Source of the DNA: an uncultured bacterium
GTDB taxonomy: Bacteria; Zixibacteria; MSB-5A5; GN15; FEB-12
Direction: 5' to 3'
Length of the DNA: 64,000 nt
Assembly: GCA_965372795.1 (NCBI GenBank)
Contig: CBDVDR010000009.1
Coordinates: 58,599-122,598, forward strand
Of this stretch, positions 41,479-51,621 are shown piece after piece. The notes below the pieces were generated by a model, which saw only the letters and a program-made list of their open reading frames with translations, was not told where the DNA came from and searched no databases. Each line of letters starts with the position of its first letter. The stretch's first letter is position 1. The translations under genes were made by a program, and so were the position numbers.

Positions 41479-42843
41479 TTAATCCATAGCCAATTCAAAT
41501 ACGTCCTCGACATTGGCAATCGAATCAATTTTAACCGTTTTGCTTTTCAACTGTGAAATATTTGTTGTCGGAAAAATAACCCGATCAAAGCCCATCTTCG
41601 AGGTTTCATTCAACCTGCGATCCGCCATCGTAATTCCACGAACTTCACCCGACAAACCAACCTCACCGCAAATAACTGTTTTTGGATCTATCGGTTTATT
41701 CAAAAGCGATGATACAATAGCGGTAATAATCGGGAGATCAAGCGCCGGTTCAGAAAGTTTCAACCCGCCGGCGATTGAGACAAATACATCATGGGTAGCC
41801 ATCGGATAACCGCATTTTTTCTCTAAGATCGCAAGCAACAACGCTAATCGTTTGTTATCAATTCCTCCGGCAACCCGCTGGGGGGTTCCATAGTTTGCAG
41901 AGGTTACCAAAGCCTGAATCTCAACTAAAATCGGTCGGCTCCCCTCGCATACCGCAGCAATTGCCGAACCTGATTTAGGCGTGGAATTATGTTCTGATAA
42001 AAATAACGATGATGGATTGGAAACTTCGATCAGCCCTTCAGGCTTCATTTCAAATAGTCCGATCTCTGCCACCGAGCCAAATCGGTTTTTTGCCGCCCGA
42101 AGCATCCGGTAGAGGTGCGTGCTGTCGCCCTCAAAATAAATCACCGTATCAACCATATGCTCAAGCACCTTCGGTCCGGCAACCATCCCGTCTTTGGTGA
42201 CATGGCCAACCAAAAAGAGAACCAGACCTTTTGCCTTGGCTAAATTGATTAGACGATTTGCCGACTCCCTAACCTGAGCAACCGTACCGGGAGGACTATC
42301 AAGCATAGATGAGGCAATTGTCTGGATAGAGTCTATCAGAATTATTTGAAAATTTTCACTGTCAATAGTATTGATTACTTCTTCAAGGTTAGTTGAGTTC
42401 ATCGCCGTTATGTTGTTTCCGGGAATCTTCAATCGCTCGGCGCGGATTTTTATTTGTGGAAGTGATTCTTCTCCGGTGATATACAATACGGGTAATCCAA
42501 GTCGCGAGTAAGATTCAGCGGCTTGTAAAATTAGGGTCGATTTGCCTATTCCCGGTTCTCCCCCCAGTAAAACCGTCATCCCGGGTATAACCTGTCCGCC
42601 CAGAACCCGGTCAAATTCATCAATCCCGGATTTATATCCGACCATCTGCTTAGTATCAATTTCAGCTATAATTTGTTTCTCGGCGGCATTATATTTTTTG
42701 GCAACACTTTTCTTAACCGGTATTTTTTCTTCAATCAATGTATTCCACTGACCGCACTCTCGACACTGCCCCTGCCAGCGGGTATGTTCGGCACCGCATT
42801 CTGAGCAAAAATAGGCTGTTTTTATTTTTCTACTGCTTAACAT
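41479..42843 (-). CDS. radA: DNA repair protein RadA/Sms
   Basis: C4 zinc finger, GEPGIGKST, KNRFG. Confidence 0.97.
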   Translation of the reverse strand: MLSSRKIKTAYFCSECGAEHTRWQGQCRECGQWNTLIEEKIPVKKSVAKKYNAAEKQIIAEIDTKQMVGYKSGIDEFDRVLGGQVIPGMTVLLGGEPGIGKSTLILQAAESYSRLGLPVLYITGEESLPQIKIRAERLKIPGNNITAMNSTNLEEVINTIDSENFQIILIDSIQTIASSMLDSPPGTVAQVRESANRLINLAKAKGLVLFLVGHVTKDGMVAGPKVLEHMVDTVIYFEGDSTHLYRMLRAAKNRFGSVAEIGLFEMKPEGLIEVSNPSSLFLSEHNSTPKSGSAIAAVCEGSRPILVEIQALVTSANYGTPQRVAGGIDNKRLALLLAILEKKCGYPMATHDVFVSIAGGLKLSEPALDLPIITAIVSSLLNKPIDPKTVICGEVGLSGEVRGITMADRRLNETSKMGFDRVIFPTTNISQLKSKTVKIDSIANVEDVFELAMD

Positions 42844-43601
42844 TATCTTACTTTTATAGGTCCTTTCGCACTTCCGGCAATAAATTGACGGACGATCTCA
42901 TTATCACAATTTCTAACTTCATCCGGGGTACCATCAAATTCAACCCGCCCATTATACAACATTATCATTCGATTAGCTATCTTATATGCAGAGGTCATAT
43001 CATGGGTAACGGTAATTGATGTCACATTCAATTTGGTATTCAAATTAACAATTAATTCATTTATTAAATCAGCGGTTATCGGGTCCAGCCCGGTTGTTGG
43101 CTCATCATAGAGCAAAACCTTCGGGTCCGAGGCAATCGCCCGCGCCAGTCCGGCACGTTTTCTCATTCCACCCGAAAGTTCCGAGGGCATTTTATTAGCG
43201 GCATCGACAAGCCCGACCATTTCAAGTTTTTCCATCACTTTTTCATCTATAACATCCTGTGGAAACTGTTTTGATTCTTTTAATCCAAGCCCGACATTCT
43301 CCGCAACCGTCATGGAATCAAAAAGTGCCGCTGACTGAAAAAGCATTCCCATCTGCCGTTGAATTTCTATTATTTTTTTACTGCTCAAAGATTCCAAATC
43401 ATTATTTTCATAAAAAATCCGCCCGCTGTCGGGAATCAAAAGATGTATAATATGTTTTATCAACACCGATTTCCCACAGCCTGACTGTCCGATTATAACC
43501 AGCGACCCACCCTCTTTGATAGTCAGATTGACCCCTTGCAAAACCGGTTGACCGTTAAAGCTTTTATAAAGCTCTTCAATTTTTATAAGTTCGTTATTCA
43601 T
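42843..43601 (-). CDS. mlaF: MlaF/Mkl-type ABC ATPase
   Basis: GQSGCGKS, FQSAALFDSM, LSGGMRKR, DEPTTGLDP. Confidence 0.88.
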   Translation of the reverse strand: MNNELIKIEELYKSFNGQPVLQGVNLTIKEGGSLVIIGQSGCGKSVLIKHIIHLLIPDSGRIFYENNDLESLSSKKIIEIQRQMGMLFQSAALFDSMTVAENVGLGLKESKQFPQDVIDEKVMEKLEMVGLVDAANKMPSELSGGMRKRAGLARAIASDPKVLLYDEPTTGLDPITADLINELIVNLNTKLNVTSITVTHDMTSAYKIANRMIMLYNGRVEFDGTPDEVRNCDNEIVRQFIAGSAKGPIKVR

Positions 43602-43602
43602 A

Positions 43603-44382
43603 TCAAATATTAAATAGAATTACTGCAAATACAAAATTAAGAAATAAAATTAACACCGATGATAGCACGACCGAAGTTGTCGTTGCTCGGCCAACCCCTT
43701 CGGCACCGCCCTCGGTTGCAAAACCTTCATAGCATCCGACTATCCCGATAATCAATCCAAAAACCGAGGCTTTAATTAAACCATTTATAAAATCTGACAT
43801 TTTAAATGAATCCCTGAAGCCATCCAAAAATGTTTCCCAGGTAAGATCCACCCCGACCACCGATACAAACAAAGCTCCCATTATCGCAATAAAATTGGCA
43901 AACATTACCAAAAACGGTACCATCAACAGACAGGCAATTACACGAGGCATCACCAGATATCTAATCGGGTTAATCCCCATTGACTCCAAAGCATCAATCT
44001 GTTCGGTAACTTTCATCGTGCCTAATTCGGCAGTTATTCCCGACCCGACCCGTCCTGCTATTACAAGCGCCGACAAAACCGGGGCAAGTTCGATTACGAC
44101 CGCTTTGCCAACTGCCTGTCCAAGCAGTCGCAAAGGTGCCCCTATAAATTTAAACTGATAAGCTGCCTGCCAGGCGGCAACCGCCCCGACAAAGATAGAA
44201 GTTATTAATATTAATGGCAGAGATTTTAATCCCAGCAGATAAAGCTGTTCGAAGATCAAACGAGGTGAATAAAATATTTTTTTCAATGATACAACGAACC
44301 GGATAAACATTAAAAAAAGCCCCCCGAGTTTGTAAATAAATGCAATACTCTGACGGCCTATAGCTTCTACTCCGAAATTCAT
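43603..44382 (-). CDS. mlaE: MlaE-family ABC permease
   Basis: ELAPVL...AGRVGSGITAELGTMKVTEQIDAL, GGAEGVGRATT. Confidence 0.93.
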   Translation of the reverse strand: MNFGVEAIGRQSIAFIYKLGGLFLMFIRFVVSLKKIFYSPRLIFEQLYLLGLKSLPLILITSIFVGAVAAWQAAYQFKFIGAPLRLLGQAVGKAVVIELAPVLSALVIAGRVGSGITAELGTMKVTEQIDALESMGINPIRYLVMPRVIACLLMVPFLVMFANFIAIMGALFVSVVGVDLTWETFLDGFRDSFKMSDFINGLIKASVFGLIIGIVGCYEGFATEGGAEGVGRATTTSVVLSSVLILFLNFVFAVILFNI

Positions 44383-44390
44383 TTATCCCC

Positions 44391-45845
44391 CTAAAAAGGC
44401 ATATCTCCGCCTTGGATCGGTTCAACATCGTGAGGAACTTCCCTCTGACCTTTGTAGGCCATATTTTCAAAGCGGGCAAACTCTTTTATAAAATTCAAAT
44501 TTGCCACCCCGGTCGGACCATTTCTCTGCTTGGCAACGATTATTTCCGCCTTGCCTTCAACCTCGATATATTTTGGATCAGATTTTTCCAGATGTGACAT
44601 ATAAAATTCGGGACGATAAACAAAAATCACTAAATCAGCATCCTGTTCAATTGCGCCCGATTCACGCAAATCACTAAGCTGCGGACGTTTCTCTCCGGTT
44701 CTTTGCTCAACCTGACGGGATAACTGCGAAATTGCAATCACCGGAACATCAAGTTCCTTTGCCAGAGCTTTCAAACTTCTTGAAATCGTAGAAATTTCCT
44801 GTTGACGGTTTTCTGCCCGTCCATGCCCCGACATCAATTGCAGATAATCAACGATTATCAGACTGACATCATGTTGAGCTTTTAATCTTCGAGCTTTCGC
44901 ACGCATCTCAAGGGCTGTCAATGACGCCGAATCATCAACAAATATAGGAGCCGATTGTAAAATATTCCCGGAATGGGTAAGTTTTGGCCATTCATCATCT
45001 CTAAGTTTACCCGAGCGAACTTTTTGCTGATTGAGTTTAGCCCGTCCGCACAACATCCTTAGTACCAGCTGTTGTGCCGACATTTCTAATGAAAACATGC
45101 CAACCCCAAGCGGATCATCTTTTTGGGTTGCAATATGTTCGGCAATATTCATCGCTAATGATGTTTTACCCATCGAAGGACGACCGGCAATAATTATCAA
45201 ATCACCCTTATTAAGTCCAAGGGTCAATTCATCGAGTTCATGATAGCCGGTTTTGATCCCTGCCAAGCCACCCTGGTTGATATGCATCTCATCAATCTCT
45301 TCAAGAGACTTATTGATGAGTTCTTTCATCGGAGCAAAACCTTTGCGAAGCCGGCTTTCAGAAATTCTAAATATCGATGATTCGGCTTGATCCAAAAGAT
45401 CATGAACCGGTTTTTCAAGCGAATAACAACTTTGGGTTATTTCATTGGATGTATTAATCAATCGCCTAAGAAGAGCTTTTTCTAATATTATAGAGGCGTG
45501 TGAGCCTACATTGGCTGTGGAAGCAACCATTTCGGCTAATTCAACCAGATAAACCCTTCCGCCAATCTTCTCAAGCAGCTGCTCTTTCAAAAGTGTCTCG
45601 GCAACAGTCGTTATGTCGCATGGTTCTGATTTTTCATAAAGCGTAAGCATCGCCCTGAAAATATGCTGATGTTTCGGAGAATAAAATACCAGTTCATCAT
45701 CTATAACTTCAATAACCCTGTTAATCGCTTCCGCATCTTTTAGAAGCGCCCCGAGTACCGCCTGTTCAGTCTCAAGCGACTGTGGCGGCTGAAGTTTCGA
45801 AATATCTTTATTCTGTTGTACCCTGTATGCCATAATATCTTTCAA
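44391..45845 (-). CDS. dnaB: Replicative DNA helicase (start may be 45833)
   Basis: PPQSLETEQAVLG, GRPSMGKT, DYLQLM, SQLSR, DLRESGAIEQDAD, KQRNGP. Confidence 0.98.
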   Translation of the reverse strand: MKDIMAYRVQQNKDISKLQPPQSLETEQAVLGALLKDAEAINRVIEVIDDELVFYSPKHQHIFRAMLTLYEKSEPCDITTVAETLLKEQLLEKIGGRVYLVELAEMVASTANVGSHASIILEKALLRRLINTSNEITQSCYSLEKPVHDLLDQAESSIFRISESRLRKGFAPMKELINKSLEEIDEMHINQGGLAGIKTGYHELDELTLGLNKGDLIIIAGRPSMGKTSLAMNIAEHIATQKDDPLGVGMFSLEMSAQQLVLRMLCGRAKLNQQKVRSGKLRDDEWPKLTHSGNILQSAPIFVDDSASLTALEMRAKARRLKAQHDVSLIIVDYLQLMSGHGRAENRQQEISTISRSLKALAKELDVPVIAISQLSRQVEQRTGEKRPQLSDLRESGAIEQDADLVIFVYRPEFYMSHLEKSDPKYIEVEGKAEIIVAKQRNGPTGVANLNFIKEFARFENMAYKGQREVPHDVEPIQGGDMPF

Positions 45846-45858
45846 TCACATTTTTTTA

Positions 45859-46605
45859 TTAATAAGAATCGTATCTCGCTTTGAGCATTTTCATATCAGC
45901 CCAGGTATCTCTTTTATAGCCCGGAAAACGAAGCAAAGCCGCCGGATGATAAGTCACCATCATTGGAACGCCGTGATACTCATGCCACTGACCGCGAAGT
46001 TTCCCAAGCGGGGTGTTTGTATCAAGTAAGGCTTGCCCGGCAATTCGCCCTAAAGAACAAATAATTTTCGGTTTTATAAGCGCTATTTGTTCCTGCAAAT
46101 AAGGAAAACATTTTTCCATTTCTTCCGGCAACGGATCACGATTTGCAGGCGGTCGGCATTTTAAAATATTGGCGATATAAACATCTTTTCTGGAAAACTG
46201 AATTGCTGCCAGAATTTTATCAAGCAACTCTCCGGCACGCCCGACAAACGGTTCGCCAGTTTGGTCTTCTCGCTGACCGGGGGCTTCCCCGACAAACATC
46301 ACATCAGCATTTGGATTTCCAACGCCATAAACAAATTTGTCTCTCGTATCTCCCAAAGGACATAAATGACAATTACAAATTGCTTCATTATGAGCTATAA
46401 CCGTTTCAAATTCTGATTTCATACTTGTTGTTAACGACTCCCGGGTTGGCATTTTTGTTTCCTCTAAGGCTGATTCTACTGAAATAACTTCTCTAGCTTC
46501 TTTCAATTGAACTGGATTTATGATTGCCTGATCAAGTCCTATCTCTATTTGAGCCAGCAACGCCCGTTTAACTAATTCTTTAAGACTACTGTTATTATCA
46601 TTCAT
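45859..46605 (-). CDS. udg: Family 4 uracil-DNA glycosylase
   Basis: CHLC, GEAPG, PFVGRAG, KCRPP, YHPAALLR. Confidence 0.93.
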   Translation of the reverse strand: MNDNNSSLKELVKRALLAQIEIGLDQAIINPVQLKEAREVISVESALEETKMPTRESLTTSMKSEFETVIAHNEAICNCHLCPLGDTRDKFVYGVGNPNADVMFVGEAPGQREDQTGEPFVGRAGELLDKILAAIQFSRKDVYIANILKCRPPANRDPLPEEMEKCFPYLQEQIALIKPKIICSLGRIAGQALLDTNTPLGKLRGQWHEYHGVPMMVTYHPAALLRFPGYKRDTWADMKMLKARYDSY

Positions 46606-46631
46606 ATCATAATTTTCCCCAGAAACCCATA

Positions 46632-47264
46632 TTACATTAACGAAGCTATTAATTCAAGCAATTTAACCGATATTTCACTCTTTGTCGAAAGAGAAAATTC
46701 AATCGGATCTTTACCGGGCACAAATACTGTCACTTGATTGGTATCAGAGTTAAATCCGGTATCTTTTCCTGTTCTATTCAATACGATCACATCAAGCTTT
46801 TTCTCTTTTAATTTCTTCTGAGCATTCTTGATATGATTATCAGTTTCGAGAGCAAATCCGACTATTAACTGTTTCTTGGTTCGTACCTTGCTGACTTCTT
46901 TCAAAATATCAATAGTAGGTTTAAGAGCCAGGTTTAAATCTGACTTATCCTTTTTAATCTTTTTAGAAATGAATTTTTGAGGTGTAAAATCTGAAGGTGC
47001 CGCAGCCATGATCAAGCAGTCATGAGATTTAATCTCTTGAAGCGTTTTTTCAGCAAGTTCATCGGTAGTTTCGATATTAATTAAATTCACATTTTCAGGT
47101 GGTGTCAAAGCTACCGGACCGGATATCAGAGTCGTCTCCCAGCCAAGATTTACCGCTGCTTCGGCTAAAGCATAACCCATTTTGCCTGAGGAATAGTTGG
47201 TTATATATCTGACCGGATCAATTTGTTCGCGAGTGGGACCCGCTGTGATCAAAATCTTAGTCAC
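46632..47264 (-). CDS. coaB: Phosphopantothenate-cysteine ligase (CoaB domain)
   Basis: ITAGPTREQIDPVRYITNYSSGKMG, GFALET. Confidence 0.93.
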   Translation of the reverse strand: MTKILITAGPTREQIDPVRYITNYSSGKMGYALAEAAVNLGWETTLISGPVALTPPENVNLINIETTDELAEKTLQEIKSHDCLIMAAAPSDFTPQKFISKKIKKDKSDLNLALKPTIDILKEVSKVRTKKQLIVGFALETDNHIKNAQKKLKEKKLDVIVLNRTGKDTGFNSDTNQVTVFVPGKDPIEFSLSTKSEISVKLLELIASLM

Positions 47265-47833
47265 TACGTGACTTTTTTTTTACTGTGATTCGAGAAATAC
47301 TCTTTAATCTGTTTAAATATATCTTCAGGTTCAGCAACCCTTCCAACCCCCCAATGATGACAAGCCATCTCTCCATCAACCGGATCAACAAACAGATATC
47401 CGGTCTCTTTCAGAAATTTGTAATTCTTCTGCGTAATCTTGTTTAACCACATTTGAGGATTCATTGCCGGGGCAATCATAACATCTTTTGCAGTTGCACA
47501 AATTATTGTAGTCAATATATCATCAGAAATCCCCGATGAAACTTTACCCAAAAAATTAGCCGTTGCCGGAGCTATGACAAACAGATCAGCCCACTCCGCC
47601 ATATCAATATGCCGGGTTGCAATATAACCTTGATCGGGAAACATATTAACCACGACCGGATTCTCAGATACTGTTTCAAGGGTAAGTGGAGTTATAAACT
47701 TAGTCGCCGCCTCAGTCATAATAACTTTAACCAATGCCCCTTCTTTTATCAAAAAGCGGACAAGGTACGGCGTTTTATAACAGGCGATACCACCCGTTAA
47801 ACCGATTATAATTTTTTTGTCTTTAAGTGACAT
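47264..47833 (-). CDS. coaC: Phosphopantothenoylcysteine decarboxylase (CoaC domain)
   Basis: GLTGGIACYK, HID, APATAN, APAMNPQMW, MAC. Confidence 0.93.
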   Translation of the reverse strand: MSLKDKKIIIGLTGGIACYKTPYLVRFLIKEGALVKVIMTEAATKFITPLTLETVSENPVVVNMFPDQGYIATRHIDMAEWADLFVIAPATANFLGKVSSGISDDILTTIICATAKDVMIAPAMNPQMWLNKITQKNYKFLKETGYLFVDPVDGEMACHHWGVGRVAEPEDIFKQIKEYFSNHSKKKVT

Positions 47834-47838
47834 CGGAT

Positions 47839-48312
47839 TTAATTTATAAGATTAGAGCTGCCAAATTCAGGATCAAAAATCGAAATGGCATCAATATCAT
47901 CAATATCCCTGAACAAAACTGATGATGCTAATAATTTAATTTGATCGAGTTCAACCGGGAAATTACTGACCATATTTGCCCGTTCCACAATCGTTTCAAA
48001 CTGCTCATTATCAATCAAAGACAAAGACAGTAACTTGAAAAGAAAGCCTTGGGCGCTGGTTGAAAGTTGTTGTCTTTCAAGATCAGTTAAAACCCGATTA
48101 GCAATGGGCATTTCCGGAAATTCTGAGAAATATTTCTCGGGGGAATTTTCATATCTTTCCAACAACCAGGAATATGCCGAAGTTATTTCAGAATCGGTAT
48201 AACCCTTTGCTTTTAAAGATGTTGAAAAATCGTCTATATTCAAAAAATGGTCCTGGTTGTCGCGGAAGTAATCAATCAGAAGGACCACAATCTCAAGTAT
48301 CCTATTTATCAT
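47839..48312 (-). CDS. Smg/DUF494 family protein
   Basis: LKAKGYTDSEITSAYSWL, RVLTDLERQQL, FETIVER. Confidence 0.8.
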   Translation of the reverse strand: MINRILEIVVLLIDYFRDNQDHFLNIDDFSTSLKAKGYTDSEITSAYSWLLERYENSPEKYFSEFPEMPIANRVLTDLERQQLSTSAQGFLFKLLSLSLIDNEQFETIVERANMVSNFPVELDQIKLLASSVLFRDIDDIDAISIFDPEFGSSNLIN

Positions 48313-48386
48313 TTCTTCTCCTTAAGAAGTCTTGATCTAAGATACAGTACCTGAGTTTACTTAACAAGGTTTTTATATAAAAAAGG

Positions 48387-49046
48387 CTAATTTTGAAGTT
48401 CATCCCATAAAGGAAGCACTATCTTTTCAGAATCTACGGTTTCAATGGCTGAAAATGATAACTGAATTGTCACTCTTTCAGCAAGCTTCAGAAACAAAGC
48501 TTTGGGGCGTGGAATTTTATAAGCATCCAAAAATATTGAAAAATTAGTTTTAATGTTTAATTGATCTTTTCCGGATGCATTAACGCCTCTTTTTAAACTC
48601 AGATCAGATGTTAACTGCCTCTTTACCCCATGGATATAAAAATAACCGGTGACTTCAAGTTTATATTCCTGTTGGTCAATGACTTTTGCCGGCAAATTTG
48701 CAACCGACAGCAGTTCAAAATATGCGTAGGGAAATTTATCTGTATGAAGATGGTTGTCCCTCATATGACCATCTCGCGTTTCAATACCAGTTTTGAGCGT
48801 TCTAAGATCGACCCGGATTACACCGGTTATCTTATTAGTTGGGTTATCAAAATCAAAATTTATATTACCAATTAAATCTTTTGTCTCACCCGATAAAAAT
48901 TCTAATTTTGCTGCTGACTTAAACTGCACCGAATCAGTCCCTGATTGTGGATCAAGGGAAAATTCTTTGGCTGCCCCATTACCGAAAATAATGAAAATAA
49001 ATAAGACAACCGATAATTTAAGCCTAATTATCTTGTGCTCCTTCAT
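48387..49046 (-). CDS. YceI-family lipid/polyisoprenoid-binding protein
   Basis: KTGIETRDGHMRDNHLHTDKFP, IHGVKR; signal peptide. Confidence 0.88.
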   Translation of the reverse strand: MKEHKIIRLKLSVVLFIFIIFGNGAAKEFSLDPQSGTDSVQFKSAAKLEFLSGETKDLIGNINFDFDNPTNKITGVIRVDLRTLKTGIETRDGHMRDNHLHTDKFPYAYFELLSVANLPAKVIDQQEYKLEVTGYFYIHGVKRQLTSDLSLKRGVNASGKDQLNIKTNFSIFLDAYKIPRPKALFLKLAERVTIQLSFSAIETVDSEKIVLPLWDELQN

Positions 49047-49770
49047 TAATCCAGTCACGAATTATATTTTGTTCTGCTGTTGATAGAGCCGCGCCACCAA
49101 ATGGCATTCTTGCACCAAACGGAGGTGTTGAAGTTACTTTCAAATATAAATTACTTGCATTTGCATTTCCTGAAACTACTATCATTCCATTGTCACCGGA
49201 AGCATTTACGACCGAGTTATAACTTCCGCTACCCAAAGTCATTCCACCCTGGCTGAATCCTGAACCATGACAAGCTGTAATAGCACATCGACTTTGAATT
49301 ATTGGTTTAACCTCAGAATCAAAACTGACCAGGACGGGTTGCTGATCATTGTCGGTTATTGTAACAACTCCAACACTGTCATCATTTGTAAAAGCTGTTG
49401 CGATACTGCTCAAGACCAAACTAAATGATTCTGTTGGTTCAACGTCGGAATCATCAATAGTAGTAATATCTATCGTTGTACTGGTCGCCCCCGCAGCGAT
49501 TGTTTTGGTGCCCGTAACCGGGGTATAGTCCGCAGCCACAGCCGTGCCGGGCGTGGAAGCATAAGTAAATATGACATCAGCAGTTCCCGATTTGGAGAGG
49601 GTAACATTCAAGGTTGCAACTGCTCCTTCAGTTACAGTTACATTGGAGATTGATAATAAAGGAGGCGTACCATTACTCGGACCAGTGGGAGAATCGCCCT
49701 CATCAGAACAACCGGTAATTATTACACTCAAAATCAGAAGTACAACTACACTTTTTAGAACTTTCATCAT
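49024..49770 (-). CDS. Lipoprotein with a Calx-beta domain and a C-terminal monoheme cytochrome c domain (CX4CH)
   Basis: Lipobox ITGC; VTEG...DDSDVEPTESF...TITDND; FDSEVKPII.SRCAITACHG...RMP...IRDWINEGA. Confidence 0.8.
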   Translation of the reverse strand: MMKVLKSVVVLLILSVIITGCSDEGDSPTGPSNGTPPLLSISNVTVTEGAVATLNVTLSKSGTADVIFTYASTPGTAVAADYTPVTGTKTIAAGATSTTIDITTIDDSDVEPTESFSLVLSSIATAFTNDDSVGVVTITDNDQQPVLVSFDSEVKPIIQSRCAITACHGSGFSQGGMTLGSGSYNSVVNASGDNGMIVVSGNANASNLYLKVTSTPPFGARMPFGGAALSTAEQNIIRDWINEGAQDN

Positions 49771-49782
49771 AACTCCTTTTAA

Positions 49783-50829
49783 TTAATAACCTACATGAAA
49801 TTGTAGAAAAAAATCATCCTCACCTTGATAAGGTCCTTTAAAATGATGGGTATAAGATGGTCTTAGCTCAAAAAACGGTATTGGAAATATCTCAAGAGAC
49901 AATCTTATATTTTCATCAGTTCCATCTTCAAGATTTCTATTCCCGTCAAAAAAATTATATTCTGAAATAAAATAAAGTCCGTATTCCAAACGAACCGTTA
50001 AGTTGGAATAAAAAATCAGCGTGTCGCTGCTTTCCCCAACCAGATCAAGCTCGCTAAGAAAAGTAAATCTATCGTAAGATATGCCGCCATAAAAAGAGCG
50101 GGCATCATTAAATCCTGAAAATGAGCCGGCTTTATCCTCACTGATTCGATAAGAAATTCCGGATATAAATCCAAAATCAGAGATATTGTCATATCTTACA
50201 ATATTGAAACCATAAACCCCGTGGTTATTAGGATTGAATAATTCGGTTGAAATCTGAAATCCTTCAAGCTCTGTTCCAACTGACATACCATCCAGATAAA
50301 CATTTGATCTGTGTCCTGTTCTCTCCCGGATAAACGATTTATGGTCTGCAATTTTCAATCCATAGGTCGGATAAAATTTGCCAAGCTTTAGATAATGTTT
50401 TTTATTCTCCAGATACAATAAGGCATAATTTTCAAAAACCGAAGTTACTCCAAACGGGTCTTCCCCGATCCGGATCTGATAGATAAAGTTGTTAAATGGT
50501 TTCATAGCGAAGTAAAGATCGGTTTGCATTCTGAAAATACGCCCGTCATCAATTATCAAATACCTGCTGTCAAACCCAAACTGAACTGACTCGGAAAGTC
50601 GAGGGCTTCGATAAAATTCTTGAAAATATTTTTTTGTTTGAGGTAAGACAAGTTCATTGAAGGCTGTTGAATAATTCCCAAACTCATTTCTCATGCCGCC
50701 GCCGTTTGGATTAATATGACAACTACCGCAGGAAGTACTATTCTCTACGGCCAACCGGGGCAAAGAAAGGACTGAACTGGTGATTATTAATAGTAGGACA
50801 GATATGGGAACCAATATATTACGATTCAA
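49783..50829 (-). CDS. Fused cytochrome c / outer-membrane beta-barrel (Cyc2-like architecture)
   Basis: Signal peptide then LPRLA..CGSCHINPNGGGMRNEFG; remainder beta-strand-rich, ending FLQFHVGY. Confidence 0.7.
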   Translation of the reverse strand: MNRNILVPISVLLLIITSSVLSLPRLAVENSTSCGSCHINPNGGGMRNEFGNYSTAFNELVLPQTKKYFQEFYRSPRLSESVQFGFDSRYLIIDDGRIFRMQTDLYFAMKPFNNFIYQIRIGEDPFGVTSVFENYALLYLENKKHYLKLGKFYPTYGLKIADHKSFIRERTGHRSNVYLDGMSVGTELEGFQISTELFNPNNHGVYGFNIVRYDNISDFGFISGISYRISEDKAGSFSGFNDARSFYGGISYDRFTFLSELDLVGESSDTLIFYSNLTVRLEYGLYFISEYNFFDGNRNLEDGTDENIRLSLEIFPIPFFELRPSYTHHFKGPYQGEDDFFLQFHVGY

Positions 50830-51072
50830 TATGAAACTCCTAAATTATAGGTTCATGATAATCCTAAAACATAAAGTGGAGCAGTTTTGTTCCCTTTGTC
50901 GACTTTAATTCAATTGTACTAATAATATCAAGCTATTAACAGACCGGGTCTTGCCTGTTTTGAAAATAATTTGCCTATATAAGTTAAATTTGTAGCCTTT
51001 ATTTCTCTAAATCCCCAACTTCAAAGCTCGATTTTCGGTAGACAGACCTATATATGTCTTTTATCTTTAGGC

Positions 51073-51621
51073 ATGAGTTTAATATCAAATAAAAAAATGA
51101 TTCAGGCGATGACCTCAAACGACAGCAGTTTCAACGGCAAATTTTTTGTCGGAGTTACTTCGACAAAAATCTACTGTCTCCCATCATGTCGCGCTAAACT
51201 TCCGCTTTTAAAAAATGTTACTTTTTTTAAAAGTCGTGAAGAAGCTATCGCTTTTGGATTACGGGGTTGTAAACGATGTCGTTCTGAAAGCTACCCCGAT
51301 GTCTTGCCAAATTGGGTTCATCCCCTCTTGAATTATTTAAAAAACAACTACCTTGAAAAACTAAGCTCTGATAAACTTATGAAAATTACCGGAGTTGAAA
51401 TTTCAACTATCCGCAGATATTTTAAACAACACCACCATACGACCCCGCTTGCTTTCCACCGGAGACTTCGTCTCAATTATGCGCTTTTGTTAATTAATAG
51501 CGGAGCCACATACCTTGATGCGGCTTTTGAAACCGGCTGGGAATCCTCAAGCGGATTCAGGGAAGCGTTTAAAAAACAATTCGGGCAGCCCCCCGGGAGA
51601 TTTTATAATGAACAAAATTGA
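51073..51621 (+). CDS. adaA: AdaA-like methylphosphotriester repair / AraC regulator
   Basis: YCLPSC...GCKRC zinc site, AraC HTH (SSSGFREAFKK). Confidence 0.88.
   Translation: MSLISNKKMIQAMTSNDSSFNGKFFVGVTSTKIYCLPSCRAKLPLLKNVTFFKSREEAIAFGLRGCKRCRSESYPDVLPNWVHPLLNYLKNNYLEKLSSDKLMKITGVEISTIRRYFKQHHHTTPLAFHRRLRLNYALLLINSGATYLDAAFETGWESSSGFREAFKKQFGQPPGRFYNEQN

Noticed and set aside
42843..44382. mlaE-mlaF without adjacent mlaD
   Set aside because: Split Mla loci are common; mlaD is probably elsewhere in the genome
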